Below are positions 1 to 7,544 of a stretch of DNA of 8,336 bases, piece after piece. The stretch is taken from NCBI RefSeq assembly GCF_006345805.1, contig NW_021828442.1:1-8336 (forward strand), given 5' to 3'. Below the pieces are notes generated by a model, which did no database searches, was not told the origin of the DNA, and was given only the letters and a program-made list of their open reading frames with translations. The translations under genes were made by a program, and so were the position numbers. This DNA is from Octopus sinensis (lineage: Eukaryota). How positions within the stretch are numbered: the first letter of the stretch is position 1; each line of letters starts with the position of its first letter.

Positions 1-122
1 CGATGATGATGATAATATGATGGTGATGGAGGTGAAGATGATGATGATAATGATGATGGTGATGGAGGTGGAGATGGTGGAGATGGTGGTGGTGGTAATG
101 ATGGTGGTGGTGATGGTGATGG

Positions 123-161
<39 letters not shown>

Positions 162-388
162 CGATGATGATGATGATGGTGATGATGATGGTGATGGTGA
201 TGGTGGTGGAGGTGGTGGCGGTGGTGATGAGGATGACAATATTGACGGTGATGGCAGTGGTGCTGCTGCTGATGACAATGATGATGGTGTTGGTGGTGTT
301 GATGATGATGATGATGATGGTGGTGGAGGTAGTGGTGATTGTGGTGGTGGTGATGAGGCTGATGATGATGACGATGACGATGGTAGTT
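1..388. repeat. Degenerate (GAT)n/(GGT)n trinucleotide microsatellite mosaic, continuing beyond the left edge
   Basis: Continuous in-phase GAT/GGT/GAC/GGA triplets. The Met/Val-rich ORF 17..556 is a product of this repeat. Confidence 0.97.
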
Positions 389-635
389 ATTCTCTACATC
401 GTGTTTTATTGTCGCAATTTACGTCGGTTCCAAACAACTTCTCAGTTTATAATTTTTCTTGTTTTTCTTTTTCTTTCCATTTATATTTTTCTTTCTTATC
501 CTCCTTTTTTTTTGTCTGGTTGTTCGACGCTGGGTTTATATTTCGGCTGTGTGTAGCAGTGTCTGGGTATCGCGTTCGAGTAATAATGAGGCTGTCTGTC
601 TTTCTGGTGTGCAATTGGGGTTGTATTTTGGTAAC

Positions 636-909
636 GGGAAACTACCACCTATGTCATCTCTTGCGAAAGGTAGGAGAGTCCAGTTTGCTGGACATTGTTG
701 TAGAGCTGAAAAAGAGGTAATTTCTACTCTTCTCCTCTGGAAGCCGTCTACTCGCAATACCAGAGGACGCACACTCTCCTACCCTGATGTAATCTCCAGG
801 GATACAGGCATCCAGCAACAGGACCTCCGTAATGCCATGATGGACCGTGAAGTCTGGCGTAGCATGGTAAATTCCATTGTATCGACCACGGTCGAACAAC
901 GATGAGGAT
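636..909 (+). mobile_element. 5'-truncated RTE-clade LINE 3' end (ORF2 C-terminus)
   Basis: Frame 636-905 reads GKLPPMSSLAKGRRVQFAGHCCRAEKEVISTLLLWKPSTRNTRGRTLSYPDVISRDTGIQQQDLRNAMMDREVWRSMVNSIV. This matches the RTE ORF2 C-terminal pattern (R..FAGH..R ... RGR ... AM.DR..WR). It ends in a short GAT-like tail and is flanked by a candidate TSD, ttggtaacgg (628-637) / ttagtaacgg (909-918). Confidence 0.85.
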
Positions 910-914
910 TAGTA

Positions 915-1076
915 ACGGTTGTGACTGCATGGTTGAGGAATTTGGTTCACAAATTCGTAGCATCGCATTCGATCGCTCCGTGTAGCCACTTTGCGCAGAT
1001 GCCTTCCGTCTTCGTCCCGGAGAGACCAATATCTTACGAGTAAAATTTCATACATGGAATCTATACGGAAAGCAGT
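915..1076 (+). mobile_element. Highly degraded old SINE (tRNA head plus central part), related to the 2502/4086 family
   Basis: Patchy collinear similarity to 2511-2660: gtgactgcatggt vs gtggctgtgtggt; cactttgcgcagatgccttc vs caccttgggcatgtgtcttc; ccaatatcttacgagt vs ccaaagacttgtaagt. Confidence 0.4.
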
Positions 1077-1128
1077 TGCAAAGATCGTTCTTTGAGTGAT
1101 AATCTTAAGCCATCAGCTGATTTAATGT

Positions 1129-1380
1129 AATACCTGCTCTTCAAATTCGTTTTACCATACTTCGGTCTACAAATTTCTTGCTCCCTTACTTCTCACGGAG
1201 TCGAAGATCTTTGGAAAGGTGCTGACCTCTACCTGTTCTTCAAATATGATACCTGTTCTTCAAATTCTTTTTATCATACTTCGGTCTACAAATTTCTTGC
1301 TCCCTTACTTCTCCCGGAGTCGAAGATCTTTGGAAAGATGCTGACCTCTACCTGCTCTTCAATACCTGTTCTTCAAATAT
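1129..1380 (+). repeat. Two tandem partial duplicates (119-bp period) of the intron/exon segment at 1381-1520, with short tacctg(c/t)tcttcaa sub-repeats
   Basis: tcgaagatctttggaaag occurs at 1201 and 1320, and ttgaagatctttggaaag at 1482. Copies 1 and 2 share variants absent from the 1381-1520 copy. Confidence 0.92.
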
Positions 1381-1444
1381 AATACCTGCTCTTCAAATTC
1401 TTTTAACAGACTTCACTATCTGCAACTATTTTGACCAGTTTTAG

Positions 1445-1528
1445 GGTCCAAAAATATCTTACTCCCTTACTTCTCCCAGAGTTGAAGATCTTTGGAAAGG
1501 TGCTGACCTATACCAGCTCTACTTCCAG
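1445..1528 (+). CDS. Candidate internal coding exon of an unidentified host gene (84 bp; frame 0 reads GPKISYSLTSPRVEDLWKGADLYQLYFQ)
   Basis: Acceptor tattttgaccagttttAG ends at 1444 and donor CAG|GTAAAG starts at 1529. Length is a multiple of 3 and two of three frames are open. YQLYFQ recalls soluble epoxide hydrolase (DYQLYFQ), but the upstream residues do not match well, so no gene is assigned. Confidence 0.45.
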
Positions 1529-1632
1529 GTAAAGTATTAAAAAATTTGGAAAAAACATTACGGCAGTGCGCTTAAGAAATATATTCCAGCAGAATTTAAG
1601 CTCAGTAAATAAACCGACATATTTAGATAAAA

Positions 1633-1956
1633 GGGTAAAGCCCCGCTTCGGTCATGAATGACCATGGGATTGCACCTAGGTTACCCCCCGAAGCACAAGC
1701 CCTGGCAAGGTTGTTTATGGAAGATCAACAGTCTCCCATGCATACCAGCCACCGATGTTATCCAAGGGAAAGGCAAAGGGGCCGATACAGCTTGGCACCT
1801 GTGACGTCGCAACTCATTTCTACAACTGAGTGAACTGGAGCAACGTGAAATAATGTATCTTGCTCAAGAATACAACGCACAGCCCGGTCCTGGATTCGAA
1901 CTCACTATTTCATGATTGTGAGCCCGACGCTCTAACCACTGAGCCATGCGCCTTAC
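1633..1956 (-). mobile_element. tRNA-derived CORE-type SINE, near full length
   Basis: The minus strand shows A box TGGCTCAGTGG (1936-1946) and B box GTTCGAATCC (1892-1901). A CORE-like segment follows (TTGAGCAAGATACATTATTTCACGTTGCTCCAGTTCACTCAGTTGTAGAAATGAG). Head and core are shared with 3328-3849, but the 3' tail differs. Confidence 0.9.
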
Positions 1957-2501
1957 TGTTTAGTATTTCCATCCACTTCTTTGCCAACGATTCTTGGGAA
2001 GTTCATGGTGAGAGAGTCCTCAGACACCTCCGTCATAGAACCTTATCCAGTAGGAGCCGTCACTAGCCATTTCGGCTGGATTCCTAAGCGCAACGAAGTG
2101 AGACTCCTCTGAGGTCTTTTGCCAGTTGGCACTGCTTGAAGAATGTGCCATGCGATTTTTGTTTTTCTTATGACATTCTTAATGTCATAAGTCCGAAATG
2201 CCGGAGTTGTGTCTGCTAATTGTCGCGAAGTAACGGCTGAACTAAGGAGTATTACCTAATCTCCGAGCTACGCATTCTATCCAGCAACGTTGCTTCAGAG
2301 ATCCATCGGAAGAACCCCATTTCGTTTTACCTATATTTAGGATCGTACTCTTTCAGTAATTTACCTAAACTTCATGACCATAATTGAGGATAGACACGAG
2401 AATCAAACTAACATTATCGAGCTTACTTCACAATTATATAACAATAAAAATGATTAAGAAATTTTGGCACACAAAGCCACGTAATTTACAGCAGGAACAT
2501 A

Positions 2502-2807
2502 GGCGTAGGAGTGGCTGTGTGGTAAGTAACTTACTTACCAACCACATGGTTCCGGATTCAGTCCCACTGCGTGGCACCTTGGGCATGTGTCTTCTACTAT
2601 AGCCTCGGGCCGACCAAAGACTTGTAAGTGGAAATGGTAGACAGAAACTGAAAGAAGCCCGTCACTTAGCGGTTCGGCAAAAGAGACTGATAGAATAAGT
2701 ACTGAGCTTACAAAGAATAAGTCCCGGGGTCGATTTGCTCGACTAAAGGCGGTGCTCTAGCATGGCCGCAGTCAAATGACTGAAACAAGTAAAAGAGTAA
2801 AAGAGAG
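2502..2807 (+). mobile_element. tRNA-derived SINE of a second family, lacking the central microsatellite-containing segment
   Basis: Collinear with the copy at 4086-4469, but it jumps from gaagcccgtc (2654-2663) directly to acttagcggttcgg. It ends in an (gtaaaaga)-type tail. Confidence 0.9.
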
Positions 2808-2845
2808 TTTATATGTATATGTATGTATATAAATATTTATATGTG

Positions 2846-2876
<31 letters not shown>

Positions 2877-3096
2877 GCATGTATATGTTTGTGTGTCTGT
2901 GTTTGTCCCCCACCATCGCTTGACAACTGATGCTGGTGTGTTTATGCCCCCGTAACTTAGCGGTTCGGCGAAAAAGAGACCGATAGAATAAGTACTAGGC
3001 TTACAAAGAATAAGTCCTGTGGTTGATTTGCTCGACTAAAAGGCGGTGCTCCAGCATGGCCGCAGTCAAATGACAGAAACAAGTAAAAGAGTAAAG
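2808..3096 (+). mobile_element. 3' half of the same SINE family, starting at its internal (TA/TGTA) microsatellite
   Basis: tatgtttgtgtgtctgtgtttgtcccc...acttagcggttcgg...gcagtcaaatgacagaaacaagtaaaagagtaaag is collinear with 4258-4469. Confidence 0.9.
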
Positions 3097-3327
3097 CACT
3101 ATCACCGCTTGGCTGTTAATTATTTTATTGGGCTGAACCGGATACAAAGGGAAAGTAATCATGGTTGCAGTGTGAGTAGAGGAATGTTAAGAACGTAACT
3201 ACTGAATATTTTACGCTAAATTTGATAGTTTGCGTCAAAAGGAAAAGAAATCATAACTCATCAAAAAATTAAAAAATATTTTAACCATTTAACAATTGTA
3301 TTACTTTGTTAAATGTAAAGCTTGTTT

Positions 3328-3580
3328 GTAGAGGCGCGTGGCTTAGTGGTTAGGGTGTCAGCATCATGATCCTAAGATTGTGGTTTCAATTTCTGGACCG
3401 GGCGACGCGTTGTGTTCTTGAGCAAAACACTTCTTTCCACGTTGCTCCAGTCCACTCAGCTGGCAAAAATGAGTAATGCTGTGATGGACTGGTGTCCCGT
3501 CCACCTGGGGAACACATACGCCACTGAAACCGGAAAACCGGGCCCATGAACCTGGCTAGGCTTTAAAAAGGACGCATTTT
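3328..3580 (+). mobile_element. tRNA-derived CORE-type SINE, monomer 1 of a tandem dimer
   Basis: A box TGGCTTAGTGG (3339-3349), degenerate B box, and CORE-like ttgagcaaaacactt...ccagtccactcagctggcaaaaatgagt. Confidence 0.9.
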
Positions 3581-3849
3581 TTGTGGAGGTGCATGGTTTA
3601 GTGGTTAGGGTGTCAGTATCATGATCGTAAGATTGTGGTTTCGATTCCTGGACCGGGCGATGCGTTGTGTTCTTGAGCAAAACACTTCATTTCACGTTGC
3701 TCCAGTCCACTCAGCTGGCAAAAATGAGTAACGCTGCGATGGACTGGCGTCCTGTTGAGCTGGGGAACACATACACCATTGAAACCGGGAAACCGGGCCC
3801 ATGAACCTGGCTAGGCTTTAAAAGGGCGTATTTATTATTATTTATTATC
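3581..3849 (+). mobile_element. tRNA-derived CORE-type SINE, monomer 2 of a tandem dimer, with a (TTA)n tail
   Basis: 255-bp offset from monomer 1 and roughly 90% identical by manual comparison. Ends in tttattattatttatta. Confidence 0.9.
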
Positions 3850-4029
3850 TAATGCTTGTTTAATCACATTGTTTTAAATTAATCGTGCATTATCTTGTAG
3901 CTCTGACATTTCGATGAGGTGATGGTTTATTTTTCGAACGATATTGTCGGGTGGTTGTGAGAGGCTGGATCTGACCAATTTGGATATGAAACAGGCAGAC
4001 TATTTAGGCCTGATATGGCCAGTTTAAAT

Positions 4030-4094
4030 CTTTAACATTCAGAGTAATGTCAAATGATGGTTTATTTTTCGAACGACATTGTCAGGTGGCTGTG
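4030..4094 (+). mobile_element. Short internally deleted fragment of the same piggyBac-like MITE
   Basis: gatggtttatttttcgaacgacattgtcaggtggctgtg (4056-4094) repeats 3921-3959 and 4498-4537. Confidence 0.6.
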
Positions 4095-4469
4095 TGGTAA
4101 GTAACTTGCTAACAGCCACATGGTCATGGGTTCAGTCCCACTGCGTGGAACCTTGTGCAAGTGTTTTCTACTATAGCCTAGGGCCGACCAAAGCCTTGTG
4201 AGTGGATTTGGTCGGCGGAAACTGAAAGAAACCCGTCGTATATATGTATATATTATATATATGTTTGTGTGTCTGTGTTTGTCCCCTCCTCCCAGCATCG
4301 CTTGCTGGTGTGTCTACGTCCCCGTCACTTAGCGGTTCGGCAACAGATACCGATAGAATAAGTACAATAATACAAAGAATAAGTCCTAGGGTCGATTTGC
4401 ACGACTCAAGGCGGTGCTCCAGCATGGCCGCAGTCAAATGACTGAAACAAGTAAAAGAATAAAAGAATA
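4086..4469 (+). mobile_element. tRNA-derived SINE (second family), near full length with an internal TA microsatellite
   Basis: Head gtggctgtgtggtaag...gggttcagtccc, central (TA)n at about 4229-4262, and 3' end gcagtcaaatgactgaaacaagtaaaagaataaaagaata. It lacks the first few nucleotides seen at 2502. Confidence 0.92.
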
Positions 4470-4621
4470 TCTTGTACCTCTGACGTTTCGATGAGGTGAT
4501 GGTTTATTTTTTAGAATGACATTGTCGGGTGGCTGTGACAGGCCAGATCCGGTCAGTTTGAACGTAAAGCAGCATAGAATATTTAAGTCTGATACGGCCA
4601 TCTTGAATGCGAAAGGGTAAA
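4470..4621 (+). mobile_element. Right half of a piggyBac-like MITE
   Basis: Collinear with 3893-4029 and ends aatgcgaaaggg (4606-4617) followed by taaa. Confidence 0.6.
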
Positions 4622-4835
4622 AAGAAAAATCAAGAACATCAACTCAAAACAGCCCCAGAACCTGACTCAAGCGGTCCTCACTGTGTCCTTGGGAAGGGTT
4701 TTGAACATCTCTTTGATCTGAACCACCAGCTCGGCCTTGATGGGCCGAGCAAGTGGTGCGGTTGGTTGTCTTTCTCAACCACCCTTGATTGTTGTAAATC
4801 CATGGGATTACAATGAATGGGGTTTGGGGTCAGGA

Positions 4836-5160
4836 ATGATGATGACGACGATAGTGATGATGATAATGATGGCGGTGGAGGTGTGGGTGGTAGCGACGGT
4901 GGCGGCGGCGGCGGCGGTGGTGGTGGTGATGATAATGATGATGGTGATGATGATTGTGGTGGTGGTGGTGTTACTGGCGAAGATGGAAGAGGAGGAAGAA
5001 GAGGAGAAAAAGAAGAAGAAGAAGAAGAAGAAGGAGGAGGAGGAGGAGGAGAAGAAGGAGAAGGAGAAGAAGGAGGAGGAAGAGGAGGGGGAGAAGAAGA
5101 AGAAGAAGAAGAAGAAGAAGAAGAGAAGAAGAAGAAGAAGAAGAAGAAGGAGAAGAAGAA

Positions 5161-5218
<58 letters not shown>
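4836..5218. repeat. Compound trinucleotide microsatellite (GAT/GGT/GGC then GAA/GGA)
   Basis: In-phase triplets with an almost pure purine tract from about 4980 to 5218. Confidence 0.97.
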
Positions 5219-5220
<2 letters not shown>

Positions 5221-5387
5221 TTCCATTCAACATGCCGCAGGCAAAATACTTGATCTCGACGTAAAGTCATTTTCTCGCTCGTTTCAATCCTACACCCGGA
5301 TGTTAGCAGTTTCAAGGGGTATACAGCAATATACGATGTATGTTTGTGTGTTTGTGTGTTTGTGGTGTTTGTGTGCAACAAACATGT

Positions 5388-5431
5388 GGGTGGAAATGGG
5401 GTGGAAATGGGGTGGAAATGGGGTGGAAATG
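5388..5431 (+). repeat. Perfect 4 x 11-bp minisatellite (GGGTGGAAATG)
   Basis: Four exact units start at 5388, 5399, 5410 and 5421. Confidence 0.95.
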
Positions 5432-5473
5432 CCATTTGCCTACACACCATGACGCAACTTAACTGTCAATTTA

Positions 5474-5530
<57 letters not shown>

Positions 5531-5539
5531 GTCTATCTG

Positions 5540-5580
<41 letters not shown>

Positions 5581-5623
5581 TTATCTATCTGTCTATCTAT
5601 CTATTTATCTATTTGTCTATCTG

Positions 5624-5676
<53 letters not shown>

Positions 5677-5687
5677 TTTACTATCTA
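5474..5687. repeat. (TCTA)n tetranucleotide microsatellite with TCTG/TTTA variants
   Basis: Read directly from the sequence. Confidence 0.97.
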
Positions 5688-5694
5688 ATTCAAT

Positions 5695-5964
5695 TTACAT
5701 ACATACGAACGAACAAACATCCGTCCATCCACCCATGCATGCATACATAATACATACTCTCTCTCTCTCTCACACACACACACATATATATATAAAAGGT
5801 TGTGTGAGTGTGTATGTATCTGTGTGTGTATATATGTATAATACATGTATACATACATACATATATATATATATAATATATATATATATATATGATATCT
5901 GTGTGAATATATATATGTATATATATGTATCTGTGTGTGTAGTAGTATATATGTATAATCATGT

Positions 5965-6011
<47 letters not shown>

Positions 6012-6205
6012 ATATGTTAATACATCTGTTTGTTTGTACACCACCTGTCTTCGTCCTTTTATTTTTTTTGTAAACTCTCCCTATATATATATATAATATA
6101 TATATAGATAGATAGATAGATATAGATATACCTTATATATATATATATATGTATAATATATATAATACATGTATGCATACATACATACATACATACATAC
6201 ATACA

Positions 6206-6239
<34 letters not shown>

Positions 6240-6345
6240 ATACATACATATATACATACATACATAATATATATATATATATATATATATAATAATATAA
6301 ATATATAGATATATATATATATACATATATTTACATACATATCCA
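5695..6345. repeat. Compound (TA)n/(CA)n/(CT)n/(TACA)n/(TAGA)n microsatellite block
   Basis: Read directly from the sequence. It produces the Ile/Tyr-rich ORFs on both strands. Confidence 0.95.
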
Positions 6346-6677
6346 TATACCTGCAGATACAGTTATAGATATCATAGCATAAAATGAAAACTACTATATT
6401 TGCTTCACCAAAGAAGAAAGGCTGGTTAGCACTGTATGATTTCAGAAGCTGTTTCATAATTATATATTACACATATATCCATATATATTTGTATGGGCTT
6501 GAGCAATGTGTACGAAGGGTGCTGAAAAGGTCCTGGCTTTAAGGATACCGAGAAAGACACGGTTCGTGGCCCATCCTTGCGGGTTCTTTTACAGGGCTGA
6601 GAAAAATTGTGAATCTGAGAGGGAAAAAAGTTAAATAAAATCATAATTTACTGATCCTCCTCCATGTTATTGGGTTG

Positions 6678-6886
6678 AGGAGCTTTCTCCGTCCGGGTTG
6701 CGGATCCGTGGAACAAGCTGCAAGACGAGATGGTGAAGATGCCGACGACCGCTTTGTTCAAAGCCTCCCTTGACCTCAAGTGGCCTGAACTCTTTACATG
6801 AACACCACCCTGTACTTAACTCCATGGTCCCCCTACATGGCCTTGCTATTTGCTTTTGAGCCAAATTAACTAACTAACTAACTAAC
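6678..6886 (+). mobile_element. 5'-truncated CR1-clade LINE 3' end with a (TAAC)5 tail
   Basis: 6679-6801 reads GAFSVRVADPWNKLQDEMVKMPTTALFKASLDLKWPELFT*, matching the CR1/L2 ORF2 C-terminal motif FS.RV...WN.L....FK..LD. A short 3' UTR follows, then the tail at 6867-6886. Confidence 0.88.
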
Positions 6887-6954
6887 TTGTCCGGAAAGTT
6901 CGTGCCGACTTTTAAAGGAAAGAAAAAGGTCAATAAATACTTGCCATTACATTT

Positions 6955-7265
6955 TTAATTAACCAAATATGAACCATTTTGTTGCACAATGCGTCTCCAT
7001 CTTTCCTTTAACTTGAAAATACCCTCTTCCCAGAGTTGAGGTGATTTCATGGCAAAGAATTCATCAAGGTATCTTTTTACGTCATCCAAGGAATTGAAAT
7101 TTTTACCATTAAGACTATTCTGCAGAAATCTGAATAAGTGGAAATCCAAAGGAGCAATATCTAGTGAATATGGAGAATATGGTAACACATCCCAACCGAG
7201 CTGCAGCAATTTTTGTCTGGTTCCCAAAGCATCAAGTGCTGAAAATGAACTTTCTTACCTTCCAT
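6955..7265 (-). pseudogene. Mariner transposase remnant: N-terminus fused out of frame to the C-terminus
   Basis: ATG at 7265 gives MEGKKVHFQHLMLWE, a mariner N-terminus. A different frame from 7227 gives GTRQKLLQLGWDVLPYSPYSLDIAPLDFHLF...WEEGIFKLKERWRRIVQQNGSYLVN*, a variant of HPPYSPDLAPSDFHLF. The HTH domain and first two catalytic Asp regions are missing. Confidence 0.92.
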
Positions 7266-7544
7266 TTTAAAGGGTTACAGAATTAACACAGGTTATAGGA
7301 ACATAAACCTTCTTCCACGAAAAGATAGCTGAAACTGTGCTCTAAATGGAGGTGTAGTCAAATCCTATTTTATGGACTCAACCATGTTCTAAACTAAGTC
7401 GAAAGTTAAGCTACTGTAAATCAGCATGAACTTTCCGGACAACCCAATATTTTATCCAAAGTCAGAAACTTTCCAGCATCTCTTCGTAGTGGTGGTCTGT
7501 ATTGGCAAGGAGACTATAATGGTGGTTTGCGATGTCTATGAGAG

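Larger units (their letters stand above)
3281..4029 (+). mobile_element. Degenerate piggyBac-like MITE interrupted by a SINE dimer
   Basis: Left end is TTAA-ccatttaacaatt at 3281. The body 3862-4029 is collinear with 4470-4620, which ends aatgcgaaaggg-taaa, a degenerate inverted counterpart of the left end. TTAA/CCC...GGG/TTAA ends are typical of piggyBac. The family call partly rests on my recall of an octopus repeat. Confidence 0.55.
6668..7449 (-). mobile_element. Internally deleted mariner (Tc1/mariner) element with both TIRs and a TA TSD
   Basis: The TIR aaatcagcatgaactttccggacaacccaa-TA (7418-7449) is the inverse of TA-ttgggttg (6668-6677) plus tccggaaagttcgtgccgact (6890-6910). About 570 bp remain after removing the CR1 insert, versus about 1.3 kb typical for mariner. 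Confidence 0.92.
6511..7488 (+). mobile_element. Mariner-derived MITE copy A, split into 6511-6669 and 7448-7488 by a nested mariner
   Basis: TA-cgaagggtgctgaaaaggtcctggcttt at the left and aaagtcagaaactttccagcatctcttcg-TA at the right are imperfect TIRs. The two halves together are collinear with intact copy B (7545-7760). Confidence 0.85.

Noticed and set aside
17-556. 179-aa Met/Val-rich ORF
   Set aside because: It is a translation of the GAT/GGT microsatellite, which lacks stops by construction.
459-635. Hydrophobic N-terminal extension of the 148-aa ORF as a signal peptide
   Set aside because: It arises from a T-rich tract that happens to be in frame with the LINE remnant.
1129-1520. 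CRISPR-like array
   Set aside because: Whole units are duplicated with no unique spacers, and the context is eukaryotic with no cas genes.
1445-1528. Assigning EPHX2 to the candidate exon
   Set aside because: Only a 6-residue match (YQLYFQ) from memory, and I found no adjoining exon in the window.
1860-2066. ORFs starting MLKNTTH here and at 3456-3680
   Set aside because: They share a start only because both read the antisense strand of the same SINE core.
2005-2112. 35-codon ORF MVRESSDTSVIEPYPVGAVTSHFGWIPKRNEVRLL
   Set aside because: It is short, has no recognisable motif and has no convincing splice signals.
3328-3410. tRNA gene calls here and at 1880-1956, 2502-2575, 3583-3665 and 4086-4150
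   Set aside because: These are tRNA-derived SINE heads that run into SINE bodies. I cannot build a complete cloverleaf with a paired acceptor stem.
4678-5452. Poly-E/K/R/P/S/F ORFs
   Set aside because: These are microsatellite artefacts, open in several frames on both strands.
5344-6457. IYLS/YI-repeat ORFs
   Set aside because: These are translations of TCTA, TA and TACA repeats.
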